Origin: Podarcis bocagei
Taxonomy: Eukaryota
DNA: 64,000 bases
NCBI GenBank assembly: GCA_964188305.1
Contig: OZ076895.1
Reading direction: 5' to 3' (one strand)
Part shown: piece after piece, positions 24,832 to 36,841 of the stretch
Position numbering within the stretch: the first letter of the stretch is position 1
Layout of the letters: every line of letters starts with the position of its first letter
Position numbers and translations under genes: made by a program
The notes under the pieces: generated by a model
Database searches by the model: none
What the model saw: only the letters and a program-made list of their open reading frames with translations
What the model was told of the DNA's origin: nothing

Positions 24832-25890
24832 GTAAGGCTTCTCTTATTTTTTTTCTTTTTCTGTGTTGGTGTTATCAAATGAACCACTGCCCCCTTCAAG
24901 AAAGTTTGGTATACCTTAGATAAGTAATTGGTAAAACAGTTGGGAATCCTCCTGCAGAATCACCACCTAAAATCAGTATTTCAGCAATTCCTCAGTAATT
25001 ATACTTTTAAATTGCTTTCTGTAGATCAAATCTAAACTTGCTCATCCGTTCCCATAATTCCATGGGCTCTAAATTTTAATTTTGAATTGTTATAGGAATA
25101 ACTTTTTTAAAAAAAGAAAAAGTTTAGAGTGAGGCTGAGTATTGTGTTGCCTTAATATAGATTCATTTTTCAGCCCTGAAGACTGGAGCAGTGAATTAAC
25201 AAGTACCTGGATGTTTGTGATTTCTTATGTTAATTCAAGGGTAAACACATGGATAAAGTGCATGATAGCAAAGGAATGTTATATGCTTGTGCAGCCCTGC
25301 TTAATAATTCTTGTATAAGTTAATAAAAGCATTTTGGAGCTGAACTATCAGTTTGAAAGGTTAAACTTTGATCTTTCTGACATGTTACTTTAAATCTTAG
25401 TTTACAGAAGTGGCACCTTACCATGGTCTGAAAATTGCTGGATTTCATTAAATGCATTACCATACAAAGAAAAGCAAATCTAGCTAATTTGAACACAAAT
25501 CTCTCTGAAAGAGTCTGTTGCACGCTGAATTCTTGATGCTTCTGGCTAAACAAATACTTACCTGAATAAGTGTGCTCTGGTTGCTCTGATGAATATGTGT
25601 TTGTAGATGTCATAATGTATGCATATGTGTTAGGCTTTGATTCTTAAGGTTAAATCCATATAATACTACAATGAAATATTATAGTTAGAAATGATGGAAC
25701 AATGTATAAAGAGAATAATGGCATGTTAAAAGTGATCTACATTTACCATATTCTCAAAAGCATTTTAGGATTTTCATAAACTTGAATCCTGAATGTCTTG
25801 CTTCAGGAATGACAACAGAAATGTAATGTGTTGCAAATTAGTATATTTACTGGACTTCATTAAAATCTCAATGCATTGCTATTTAAATAG

Positions 25891-26009
25891 AAACAGGGAA
25901 GAAAGAAGAAGAAAAAGAAGAAGATAAATCACAGACAAAATCAATAAGGGAAAGGCGACGGCCAAGAGAAAAACGAAGATCTACAGGAGTTTCTTTTTGG
26001 ACTCAGGAT
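25891..26009 (+). CDS. PPP1R12A: MYPT1 exon 18 (119 nt): ETGKKEEEKEEDKSQTKSIRERRRPREKRRSTGVSFWTQD; ROCK site T853 (human numbering)
   Basis: aaatag| acceptor (second in-frame AG 6 nt downstream), GAT|gtaagt donor. Confidence 0.96.
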
Positions 26010-27247
26010 GTAAGTAAAAACCCATTTAAATTGCATATAGATCTGTATTTAGAAACAGTTCAGGGAGAATTCAATGAACTGAGGCAACACAGTTGATAAA
26101 ACAAGCTGTGGAAATTGGGTTTTTGTTTTCATATTGCAGATTTATGTTTCAGACATAGGTGAGATTCATGTATTTTAAAGCTATTGATCTGACGCTTAAC
26201 ACAGCTATCAATCTCATTTTAGAAGTGTGGTGGTTATACCCAGTTGTCAGATCTAGACATTCAAACTGTTTCATGAATCACCAACCCATCCACAATATAT
26301 ACATTATTTTTTTTATTAGTGAGACAACAGACTTCTTCATCACTGATATCACAGCTTTTTTGGACAATTAATGAATTCAGTTACTAGTCATTACCTTAAA
26401 GTAAAATCAGTACCCAACTAAGTTCTACTTAGGATAGACACATTGAAAGTAATGAACCCAAGGTAGTCATCGCTATAAATTTCAGTGGGTCTACTCAATG
26501 CAAGCATTGACTATACCCCCCTGTAATATGGAAAATGTGTGACATTAATTGTAACGCATACATAATTCATAATACATTGGATAAGCAGGATTTTTTGTTA
26601 ATTAGGGCTTGGATGATTATGTGTGTGACTTTAAATGAGAAACAGTGAGATGAATGAGATGCTGCAATGAGATGCTGTAAAGTAGTTAAGTAAAAGTTCT
26701 TGTATGTAAGTTAACTGCTTAAACATTAATATGGACTTGCCACCCATAAATTGCTGTTTGTATATTGTTGTTGTTGTTGTTGTTATTTATATACTGCCTA
26801 TACCCAGTGGTCTCAGTGCAGTTCACAAAATAAAATCAAGATATAGAACCACAAAATACCTAATAAAAATAAAAACACCAACCCAATAGCCCCAATAAAA
26901 TCTGAAAATACAGATTCTGTGTATCTGCTATTTATAGGGAAAGAGTGTCTATTGTTTTATTAAAAAAATTAAGTTGATTACAGTAAGTTGTCCCAGAATT
27001 GAAGAATTGAACAAAAATAGTTGAAATTTTGTTTTAGAAGAGTACAAACATAGATTATATTCCAGTATAAATGTGTGAATGGTGGTGAGCAACTAGGATA
27101 GAATTTTGTTACTGACAAACTATATCTGCTTGTTTGAAGCAGTTTGAAGGCTGAAAGTGTTGTTTGGAGGAAGCCCTCCTTCTAAGTTGTTCTGTCCCGT
27201 GGCAGAATGTAAATATATGCTAATTTTAAATGGGTTTCCTCCCTCAG

Positions 27248-27313
27248 AGTGATGAAAATGAACAAGAACACCCATCTGATTCAGAAGAGGGAACAAATAA
27301 AAAAGAAACACAG
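27248..27313 (+). CDS. PPP1R12A: MYPT1 exon 19 (66 nt): SDENEQEHPSDSEEGTNKKETQ
   Basis: ccctcag| acceptor, CAG|gtaatt donor; ORF 27230..27436. Confidence 0.95.
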
Positions 27314-28683
27314 GTAATTGTTCTGTTTTGTTTTCCTTGCATAAAAGACATAATCTTATGCTACGATTTTATTCAAGGTTCTGTGAAGAAAATTGTATCT
27401 TCTGGGGTTAAAACATTAAGTTCAGAGATCATGTGATAATTTTATTTGGCCTTCATAGAAGCGTAACCTGTTGATTATCTTTCATAGCGCACAAAGTTGT
27501 TTCCATATTGCAGTGCTGTTCCATCTATCTTTTCCCCTGTTCTCTTTCATTTTGATTCTCATTTGAGTGCCATATTTTACAAAAGCTGCACTCCCACAGG
27601 TATTGCATCCTGTTTAAATTCAGTAATAGTGCATTAATTGAGATTGCATACATTTTGCTGTGATAATGCCAACATTATCTGTTTCATGTGAACGTGTCAC
27701 TTGAATAAGCTCTAAGTGGACCCTACAAAATACATTCAAACAAAAGAATGGTGTAAAGTTTATTTAAAATCACCACATAGTGGACTGTCCACACTGAAAA
27801 ATGAGAGAGCAGTTGGAATACATAGAATACTAAAAGAACAGTAAGGCAGAATCATTAACTCTTTAGAACTTTGTCATAACATGGGGTCTATATTTCTAAT
27901 ATTGGTGTTCTTGTGAAGATTCTGCAAATTGTTGCTAGGATCCAAACATGCAGTTACTTTCATGTGGCCATGGAGACTTTCAGCTTGTATCACTCAAACA
28001 GCAGTTCCCTAAGCTGCATTGCAAATTACTTTTGAAATCATAGAAGTCTTTGAAATGCTCTTCGGCTTGGAAGGTCTGTTATTCAAAGAAAGAAGTCCAA
28101 AATGCCTTTGGGCACGCCCAATCCCTTGGTGTATTTAAGTTAGCTATTTGGATTCTAGCCTATGATGCAGCAGGGGTAGATATCTGCATACCACCAGTGG
28201 GCCAGATCCTTCCTTCCCCTCAATCCCAAGTGTCAGTTCTGACACATGGGTGGTACTACCCACCTGTCAATCACCTGATGTTGTTATGACATTGGGTGAC
28301 AACTTGAAAAGAACTTTCCTTTGAAGACTGTTTTGCAGATAAGTTTCAATACACACGGCTTGGAAATGGACTTCAAAGTAACAGCAGGCACGCCTTTACC
28401 TGCCATATACCTGATGTCACATATGACATCAGGGATGGGGCAGGTGAGTGTGGTTTGGGGGAAATGGCCTCCTGGGGCAAATTAGAACCCCTAGCTGACC
28501 TGAATGGACCTGTAGGCTGGTGGTTCCACACCTCTGCCATACAGTATATTTTATGGTCCATTTTATTTTAATTGCTGAGCTTACTTTAAATTCTCATTAA
28601 TTGTCTAGTAAGCTGTGAATAATTTGCTTGTTAAACATAGGTGTGCAGTCTTTTAAAATATTTGTTTCCTCTTCCTCCTTCAG

Positions 28684-28700
28684 GGTGAAAGCATTTCAAG
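28684..28700 (+). CDS. PPP1R12A: MYPT1 microexon 20 (17 nt): GESIS(R)
   Basis: Long pyrimidine tract plus cag| acceptor, AG|gtacgt donor; needed to join the phase-0 end of exon 19 to the phase-2 start of exon 21. Confidence 0.9.
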
Positions 28701-30050
28701 GTACGTGTAATCTTCACGTTTAGCTCTCCTTATGATGTGAAGTATAACATTCTTAATTGTTTAGTGTTGCTAATGAAATGAGAGGTTAAGCATGCTTTTA
28801 TGGAAAAAGGCACTTTGCAAATGATGCGATGCAAGAAGCTGCCCACAGCTCAGTTCTCCATAAATACCAAAACTGTAGAAGATTACATCCAGTTTCAACA
28901 TGTCCACAGAGTTGCTATTATGCTAGCATGTTGACCGTCAGCATGGCAGCACCATGACATCTTGAGGATTATAAAATGTTCCAGTAGAGCCAAGCAATAT
29001 GATTCATTGGTTACAAACATGATGAAGGTTGTATGCTTTGCCACACCTAAATTGAGGGGATTTTAACCATTTATCTGTAAGATTCAGCTTTTGGGAAGTC
29101 CCCAAGTGGAGGATGTTCCCTGATAATATCATACCCTAGTTCACGTTTGCTTTTGTATAAAATGGAGAGAAGTGGAAGATTGCATATACATTATTTGAAT
29201 TCACACTGTATCTTTAGTTGAGTTATAATATTAATATGTCAGTGACTTAATTCAGATGTCATGTCAAATCATCATTTTCAGAGCTTAACTATTGTTTGTC
29301 ACAATGTTCAAATTTGACAAATCATGGTTTGAGAATGTTGAAACCATGAGGTTAATGAAATGTCCCAATTGACAAGTCATAGTTGGCATTCCACCCTCTG
29401 AGGCCAAAAAAAAGAAGAATGTTCTCAGTTGTGCTGCCCTTTTTAGTGTTACTGATTGATGGCAACAAGGCCGCATATCTGTGGTTGTGTTGCTGGAGGT
29501 ACAACAAGGTGAAGTGGTTTATAAATTGAATCTTGGAACCCCTTGAGGAGACAACTAAGCAAAAATAGCATAAATTGTGTTTTGCATGTAGGGCCCAGTT
29601 TTGCATGTCACAGTAAACCATCATTATTAGTTTCCCATGAACATGGAAATTACTGCGGCTTTGCTCCTTCCATAGTGCCAGCAGGAACAGCAAACCATGA
29701 TCTTTGATGTAGCATTATATCTGAATGAGGTGATCAGGCTTGTTTCGTTGCCCCAATCCCCACCTTGGTAAGCCAAGAACAAATATTGGCTTCACATTCT
29801 GATTTGTTTGGAGTGAAACAAATCATAATCCCAAGCTCAGACATTACGGTACACCAGGGATTGTGATTTGTCTCTCGCGCTAGGGGAGGAGCCACCTGCG
29901 TGAGCATGCTAAACAATTAACTGCAGACAGTTCTGATGTGCAAATGAAGCCACTGTGACCTAGTTTCTAAATTAGAGCTAGCTTAGACCATAGTTTGTTG
30001 TAATTCTGAATAGAGCTGTGAGAGACTGAACTTCTATTCTATTTTGGAAG

Positions 30051-30177
30051 ATATGACACAGGATCATCAGGAGATCGTTACGATTCAGTACTAGGACGGA
30101 CTGGATACAGTTACTTGGAAGATCGCAAATCATATTCCAGCAAGCTAGAAAAAGAAGATACAACAGATTTTAAAAAG
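30051..30177 (+). CDS. PPP1R12A: MYPT1 exon 21 (127 nt): YDTGSSGDRYDSVLGRTGYSYLEDRKSYSSKLEKEDTTDFKK
   Basis: ttttggaag| acceptor, AAG|gtatct donor; hand translation. Confidence 0.93.
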
Positions 30178-31179
30178 GTATCTAACCCCATGAGTTGTGT
30201 GTTAACAAGATGACTTTATTACAAGTTTGTGAAGTCATTCTGTATGGTTCTCTTAATTCAGTTTGACATCATATGCATACATACACTCTGGGGACTATGA
30301 GATGCAATTTCAAGCTGTATGGTATTGGTTTTGAGGTAAATTTTGATTGAGGCCATTGTTAAGGTGCTATTTGTAAAGCATGGCCACTTTACCCCACCTC
30401 CTTTCTCATTTAGAACAGGGATGGGGAACCTCAGGCCCAGGGCTGAATGTGAGCCACAAGGCCACCCTATGTCACCCATTGGACCCTCTCTAGGCTACAC
30501 CCCTTTCCTAGGATGCTCCCCTCACCAGCCCTTCACCCTTCTCTAGTGCTTTTGCCTAACTGGAATTTGTCCTTGAACCAGTATAATGTCTCTTGCTTGC
30601 CGGAATGGAGAGAGGTGACTGTTGTGTATGGAGAAAGTTGATCATTTCAAGGTCCAGCTTGCTTCCAATGGGGAGAGGTGGTCTTTGAGATATTGTGGTC
30701 CTGAACCACTCAAGGCTTTATAAGTCAAAACCAGCACTTCTGAATTGGCTCTGAAAACTAATTGGCAATCAGTGCAGGATCAGTGTAATATACTCAAGCT
30801 GTCTTGCGCTGGTGAGCAACCTGGCTGCTGAAGTTCTTGAACTATCTTCAGAAGCAGCATTGCGTATAGAACATTGCAGTAATCGAACCTAGAGATTTCC
30901 AGAGCATAGAGAGGATAGAAGTTAGGCTAAATCCTTATTTCAGACATTGTGATATATTGGAATATCTCAATGTTTAGCTGGTGATACATCACAGTGTTGA
31001 AAACCATATATTGCCCAGCCATACACAGAACCCAGAAATCTAAACAGTTGCTCCTTGCCTACTGCCCTTCTAATCCTAGGAGTTAAATTTTATGTCTCTA
31101 CAATTATCAATTTATAAATGCAGTTATGATAGAAGTTTGAAGGAGTGCATGATTTATAAAAGTATCGCATATTTCTTAG

Positions 31180-31284
31180 CTTTATGAACAGATTGTAGCT
31201 GAAAATGAAAAATTGAAAGCACAATTGCATGATACCAACATGGAACTGACGGATCTCAAACTACAGTTGGAAAAGGCAACTCAG
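31180..31284 (+). CDS. PPP1R12A: MYPT1 exon 22 (105 nt), coiled coil: LYEQIVAENEKLKAQLHDTNMELTDLKLQLEKATQ
   Basis: ttcttag| acceptor, CAG|gtttgt donor. Confidence 0.96.
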
Positions 31285-32108
31285 GTTTGTATTTCTAAAC
31301 TCTCATTTTAATTTTATTTCTTCAAAGGATCTTCAGGTTGCCTTATATGATATCCTCTCTAGGCAGCTTACAAACATATACCAAATAAAATCACAAATTT
31401 CTCTAATACAGTTTAAAACAGATTACAAACAATAAAATGCCAAAATAACAGGCAGAGCAGTAAATTCAAATTAGAGAACCCTTCAAATTTTTGCTGGCCT
31501 GAAAAAATATTTTATCAGGAAATCTAGTAACAAGCAGTCTTAACTCTATACTCTGAAATCTAGCAGCCTCCTTAATAAAATCATCATTGTTAAAAGTGAA
31601 ACAAAACAGATGGGTCTCCAAAGCTATTTTGAAGGCTGGCCAATAGTCCAATGTCTAGGGAGGGAGTTCCATAAATGAGGCGCCACCACAGAAAAAGCAT
31701 GGGTAGGTTCAGTAAAATGTGTGTCACCAAGGATCAGCTTTGCATTTTCCAAAGAGATGGAAACACACTTTTTTCATAGTTCCTTTTAAACGTCATGCTT
31801 TAATTCTGTTTGTTATAAACCTGGCACAAAAGTTCTATTAGAAATATAAATCAATAATGAACGTTTCTCATATTAGAAGGTTTCTATTGGGCTTTACCAG
31901 CGCTCTTGGAAGTATATGGAATCTGAGTCTCTTAGGTGGAGTTCAGGCAATAAAATGCAGTGAGGTGGCAAACTAGAAAAATGAAATGTGAAGTGCAAAA
32001 TTTTTATACATTTTAAAGGTTTAAGTGTCCAGAATGGTATTTCATACACAACTTGCATAGGGCTAAGTTGTAAATTGTTACTTTATATTGATGGAGGAGG
32101 AGGTGAGC

Positions 32109-32404
32109 GGCCTAGTCTTTAACCCTTGAACATTTCTGCTTTAATTGTTGCATAAATGACTTCAAAATTTATGTGATCATGATGGGAAGACAGTGTCCTT
32201 GATATTGATGATAAACTGTGGTTAGTGAAAACTGGAAGTGAAAACTGGAGGTGGAGGCATAGCAGGCTCATTCAACACTATACAATAGTTAATCATTATG
32301 TCCAAACAAGGCCTAGTCTTTAACCCATGAACATTTCTGCTTTAATTGCTGCATAAACGACTTCAAAATTTATGTGATTATGATGGGAAGACAGTGTCCT
32401 TGAT
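32109..32404. repeat. 95-bp direct duplication (32109-32203 and 32310-32404, 4 mismatches) around a 106-bp spacer
   Basis: Direct comparison of both ggcctagtctttaaccc...gtgtccttgat copies. Confidence 0.9.
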
Positions 32405-32604
32405 GTTGTGGAGTTGAGTTGGAAGTCTTCCCCCTGCAAACCATCTGGCCCTTCTCAATGGACAGCTAATGTTAGGTGTCAAGTTTTATCCCTAGTATTA
32501 CTGCTCCATAGAAGTGAACAATAATCATTAACTTATATGGGTAAAAAGTAAGGTGGTGAGTTCATGGAGTGTAAGGAAGTTGCTGCTGATAGAGACTGAT
32601 TTTA

Positions 32605-32909
32605 AATAATCGGTTCCGCGAGTCTCTTCGTCTAGCGGTTTTTTCGTCTTGCGAAGCAACCCTATTAGCGGCTTAGCGCTATTAGCGGATTAGCGGCTAT
32701 TAAAGGCTTAGCGGCTTAGCGGCTAAAAGGCTATTAGCGGCTTAGAAAAGGGGGGGAGCAGAAAAAAATTGGAACACTCGCAAGACGTTTTCGTCTTGCG
32801 AAGCAAGCCCATAGGGAAATTCGTCTTGTGAAGCAGCTCAAAAACGGAAAACCCTTTCGTCTAGCGGGTTTTCCATCTTGCGAGGCATTCGTCTTGCGGG
32901 GCACCACTG
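32605..32909. mobile_element. One-ended CpG-rich MITE of the CAGTGG family with an internal TAGCGGCT-type short tandem array
   Basis: Right end cgtcttgcggggcaccactg|ta; repeated ttcgtcttgcg; tagcggct repeats ~32665-32745; no left TIR found. Confidence 0.75.
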
Positions 32910-33469
32910 TACCTTCAAAAGGAGCAGTGTGTTTGTCCTTGAGCAGCAACTTCTATTAACTGAAATTGATATATGATGGCAGAAACTTCCTGAGAACAAG
33001 TTTAGAAGCAGGATGGGAAATGTTAAGTGATTATTCCAGCCACCTGATTAATGACTACTAAAACAGGCAGAGAGAGGCTTGAATGTGCACATATCCTTAT
33101 AAAGACCCTTTAGTGTATTCGTTCATGTTCACTCTGACATTGGAGATCTGACCTGATCTGATTAGCTAGATGGGCCATATTCTGTGTTATAGTGTTATTT
33201 GAAATTATTAGTAAATGTAACTCTGGCCCTGTATCTGTCCTTCATTGATCTCCATTGCAAGAAATCTATATTAAATTTGTGTATAGATCATGAGTAGCCA
33301 TTTATTAAAGGATGGCTTGTGATGTTGAATACCATTAACTATGTTTCTGGCGCCTACCTCATAGTTTTCTGTATCTTCTATTTCCCCCCAAAAAAGTATT
33401 TATGGTTTCCTGTTGAGATTATATTCAGCAAACCTATGAATCTGAGAGTGCCCATGAATTTCAGGCACT

Positions 33470-33546
33470 CATAGAATCATAGAATCATAGAGTTGGAATA
33501 GACCACAAGGGCCATCGAGTCCAACCCCCTGCCAAGCAGGAAACAC
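33470..33546 (-). mobile_element. Extreme 3' end of a CR1 LINE (or CR1-tailed SINE)
   Basis: (catagaat)n tail followed by gagttggaa...tccaaccccctgc; cactc at both flanks. Confidence 0.75.
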
Positions 33547-33785
33547 TCTTTGAAGTTCACGTTACAGAAAAAAATGAATAAATATTGGGTTGGATTCAGA
33601 CACAGCGGACATTAATTCCCTTAGAAATGAGTTGGTTCTGTCGTTTTCACTGTCTAATTTAGTCTGGATTCTACCCACCACTGGTAATGCAACAGTGCTT
33701 TTCTAAATTGCATTTTCCCCACGTCCATTTATCTCCTTTATTTTTCTTGTGAGTGACATTGCGTGTGGTCACTTATCTATTTCAG

Positions 33786-33833
33786 AGGCAGGAAAGATTT
33801 GCTGATAGGTCTCTGCTAGAAATGGAAAAAAGG
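33786..33833 (+). CDS. PPP1R12A: MYPT1 exon 23 (48 nt): RQERFADRSLLEMEKR
   Basis: tttcag| acceptor, AGG|gtaagt donor. Confidence 0.96.
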
Positions 33834-34324
33834 GTAAGTTTTTTCCTGGGCTTTTGGTCCTCTAGATTTATATAATATTCTTATAAAATAATAATTTGAA
33901 TTGGGAAGCAGTATGCGAAAAAGAACAAACTGCAACAATTTAGTTAGGCAATTAGATTTCTGGACAGTCTGTGTGTGCACAAGGGATGCACTTTATGTAT
34001 TGATATAAGAGCAATAATAATCAAATAGTTAAATTTAAAATTCCGCGCTGGATTTGGTCTGGCAACTTTTAAAAAACATACAATTGGTGGAAATGGCTTA
34101 AATCGGTTAACTCACTGTTACTTAACTGAGCACTGCTAAGTAAACAAGGTTTTTTTAAAATTAAACTTGGTTCTTATCACAGAGAGTTAAATGAATGACA
34201 GACTGACAAAAATGAATTATGACTGTACTAAGCTCTTGAAATTAATTGCTAAAACTGGGTAAAATATGTTTAGGAACTCACTTAACTATGATTAAACTAA
34301 ATTCAAATGGTTTGTATCTGAAAG

Positions 34325-34355
34325 GTGACCGACAAGAGTCAGTATCCTCGCAGCG
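34325..34355 (+). CDS. PPP1R12A: MYPT1 alternative exon E24 (31 nt). Inclusion frameshifts to VTDKSQYPRSGKKSSRKADI* (TGA at 35048-35050), the leucine-zipper-negative isoform.
   Basis: tgtatctgaaag|GTGACCGACAAGAGTCAGTATCCTCGCAGCG|gtatga; length, position and VTxKSQY peptide match the known vertebrate smooth-muscle E24. Confidence 0.9.
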
Positions 34356-35018
34356 GTATGATCTAACCAAAGTTTTACACACCTCAGCTGATGCTGCTTG
34401 TTTTGCATAACACTGTTGAATGTATACTTTGTAGCAATTTGCTTTTGTCTTTCACACTTTGAAAATGTTTGAATGTCAGATACTGGATACAGCAGCTGCT
34501 TTTTAATGAGACTCACCGCATTGTCTTAACACAAAGCAATACTTTAGCTTTAAGACCTGTTGTCCAATGAATGATGACAGAATATGCACTAGGACACACA
34601 CACACGATTAGTATTACTTGGGTGTAGTACAGAATGCAAACTAACATTTGCCTGTCTGTGGAACGTAATGCTTTGTGCTTCTTTTTCCTTAAGGCAGTTG
34701 GTCTCTTTTCTGCATTTCTTGTATGCTAAACTACCACAAAATACAGTTAAAGGAGTAATACCCAACTGATGTTACAAAAACTATTGGCTGATCAATTTTA
34801 TATAAAGAATGTATTTAACTGGTAGAATTTGACCGAAATTAGTTCTGTTGTCTTGATTTTAAATTTGAAGTATTTTTTTACACATCACTGGCCTCGCAAG
34901 TTTCTTGTCCTCACTGTGCTTATGGTTGTTTAATCTTGAAAATCTGAGATTGCTCTACAGAGATGATGCTTAAAATATATATCCAAATTGTGTTATTAAT
35001 GCAAATGGTTTTCTGTAG

Positions 35019-35069
35019 GAAAGAAGAGCTCTAGAAAGGCGGATATCTGAAATGGAAGAGGAACTCAAA
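35019..35069 (+). CDS. PPP1R12A: MYPT1 exon 25 (51 nt): ERRALERRISEMEEELK
   Basis: tctgtag| acceptor, AAA|gtaagc donor. Confidence 0.96.
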
Positions 35070-35420
35070 GTAAGCGTGCTTCAACTATTTTCATTTAGGG
35101 CAGTAGCATTGTTTATAGGCTACAGTGTGCACATTCTTATTTTTATGTCTTGATTAGGAGTGCATCAAATTACAGAATAACATTCTTCTGATTTTCAATG
35201 GCTTTTTACTACATGGTCAGCCATGTAATCACAGCTCATGCCAAAGCTGTCTAATAGAATGCAGCTTTTGTAAAGGATAGAATATTGTGCCATACAGTTT
35301 TGTTTACAGTAGTAGAGGACTTTTACCTGAGATTGTCTGAGTTGGTTCAGATACTATTGAGACATATGGTTCCATTAAAAAACAAAAGCCTATATTGGTT
35401 GAATATGGCTATACTTTTCC

Positions 35421-35423
<3 letters not shown>

Positions 35424-35456
<33 letters not shown>
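35424..35456. repeat. (GT)n microsatellite
   Basis: Perfect dinucleotide run. Confidence 0.95.
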
Positions 35457-35457
<1 letters not shown>

Positions 35458-36037
35458 TTTGTGAAAATACAGGTTCCTCTGCTATCAGACAGTCTTCGCA
35501 TCAAGGGTAGTATTTACTTTAGGCTACAGTCAAAGTGAAGTTAAGGTCACAAAAATTTCTAAACCTATCACTTGATTCTTTTCTCTCTTATCCAACCTTT
35601 AATTCACAGGGACCTAATGAAGAAATAAGCTGTCTGTCTGTCTGTCTGTCTCTCTCACACACACCCCCACACACACCACATATGTACATGCAAATTAGAG
35701 ATGGGCATGATTGATTCCTGAGGCACAATATGACTTTCTTTCTACCCCCCATTGGAAAGATGCTGATTGGCTTAATAAAAAGGAAGCCTCAGTTTAACAA
35801 GGCAGATAGGCTCTCCTTCCCTCCCCACTCCAGGACAGGGAAGAACAAGACTGAGAAAACAGATAGTTCTCTTAGTTTCTGCGTCATTTCAGCAGCCTTG
35901 AAATGGCACCCATCAGCAATTATAGCATATAGATGTCCAGATACCAATATAGGTATAATTTCAAAAAGGATTCTATGAGCTCTCTCTTGTTTCCTGCCTT
36001 TTTTAAAAAAATTCTCAGTCGTCTGAGGATCTTAGTA

Positions 36038-36276
36038 CAGTGGAACCTCAGTTTTTGAATGTAATCCATTCCGGAAGACCGTTCAACTTCCAAAACGTTC
36101 GAAAACTGAGGCGCAATGAGTGGTTGGCAAAATCCATTGAGAAAATTTGAAAACATGCAGCAGAAGCCGTTTGACTTCCGGAGCACATTTGAAAACAGAA
36201 GCAATTACTTCCGGGTTTTGGCATTAGAAAACCGAAACGTTTGGCTTTTGAGACACTCAAAACAGAGGTTCCACTG
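36038..36276. mobile_element. MITE (CAGTGGAACCTC terminal repeats, TA duplication)
   Basis: ta|cagtggaacctc ... gaggttccactg|ta. Confidence 0.88.
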
Positions 36277-36706
36277 TAGTCATATAGGGACACAGATTTG
36301 GGCCCAGATTGTTTAATGTTTGAAAGGTTACCAGCAGCACCTCCAGGGGTGAAGTCAAATCACAGCACTTCCTGCGTTGTTTTTGCTGCACCAAAGTGAC
36401 TTCTCCAGGGCACAAGCCTGGGCAGTGTGTATGGAGGTCCTGGGCTGCCCAGACGACAACTCCCCACTCTCAGCCCAGGCTAAAAGAAAGCAGAGCAACA
36501 CATTTGGCACCAGCCTTTGCACAGTCACTGATTCCCTATATATAGTTAGGTAGTTTCTTAGTTTCACACAGAACAATCTGCTGCTAAAGAAAGGATTATC
36601 TTTACATCTCTTTCTTTTTTCTTTTAGTTGTCTTCACCTGTGATACCTTTTCAATATGCCACAATTGCATTTCTCTCATTGGCTCCTGTTTCTTTGATTC
36701 CTGCAG

Positions 36707-36841
36707 AATACATTTCAAGTAAAGCATGTTCAGGCTTTGAGGCATTTAAATGAGCGACTGCTGACTGAGAATAGGGCCTTGACCAGAGTGGTTCCCAAGC
36801 TGTCAGGTGCCTGCAGGCATCGACATTCTGTGGACTTGTAA
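36707..36841 (+). CDS. PPP1R12A: Putative alternative C-terminal exon '25b' of MYPT1 (44 aa + TAA): [44 protein letters not shown]; candidate donor after 36886
   Basis: Pyrimidine tract plus ctgcag| phase-0 acceptor; [13 protein letters not shown] parallels ENGALIRVISKLS of exon 26 and the MYPT2 alternative C-terminus; ttca|gtgagt at 36886/36887. Confidence 0.75.
   Translation, partial: [44 protein letters not shown]

Noticed and set aside
32109-32404. Duplicated intronic snoRNA pair
   Set aside because: No proper C box (RTGATGA) with terminal D box (CTGA), and no H/ACA layout in the 95-bp unit
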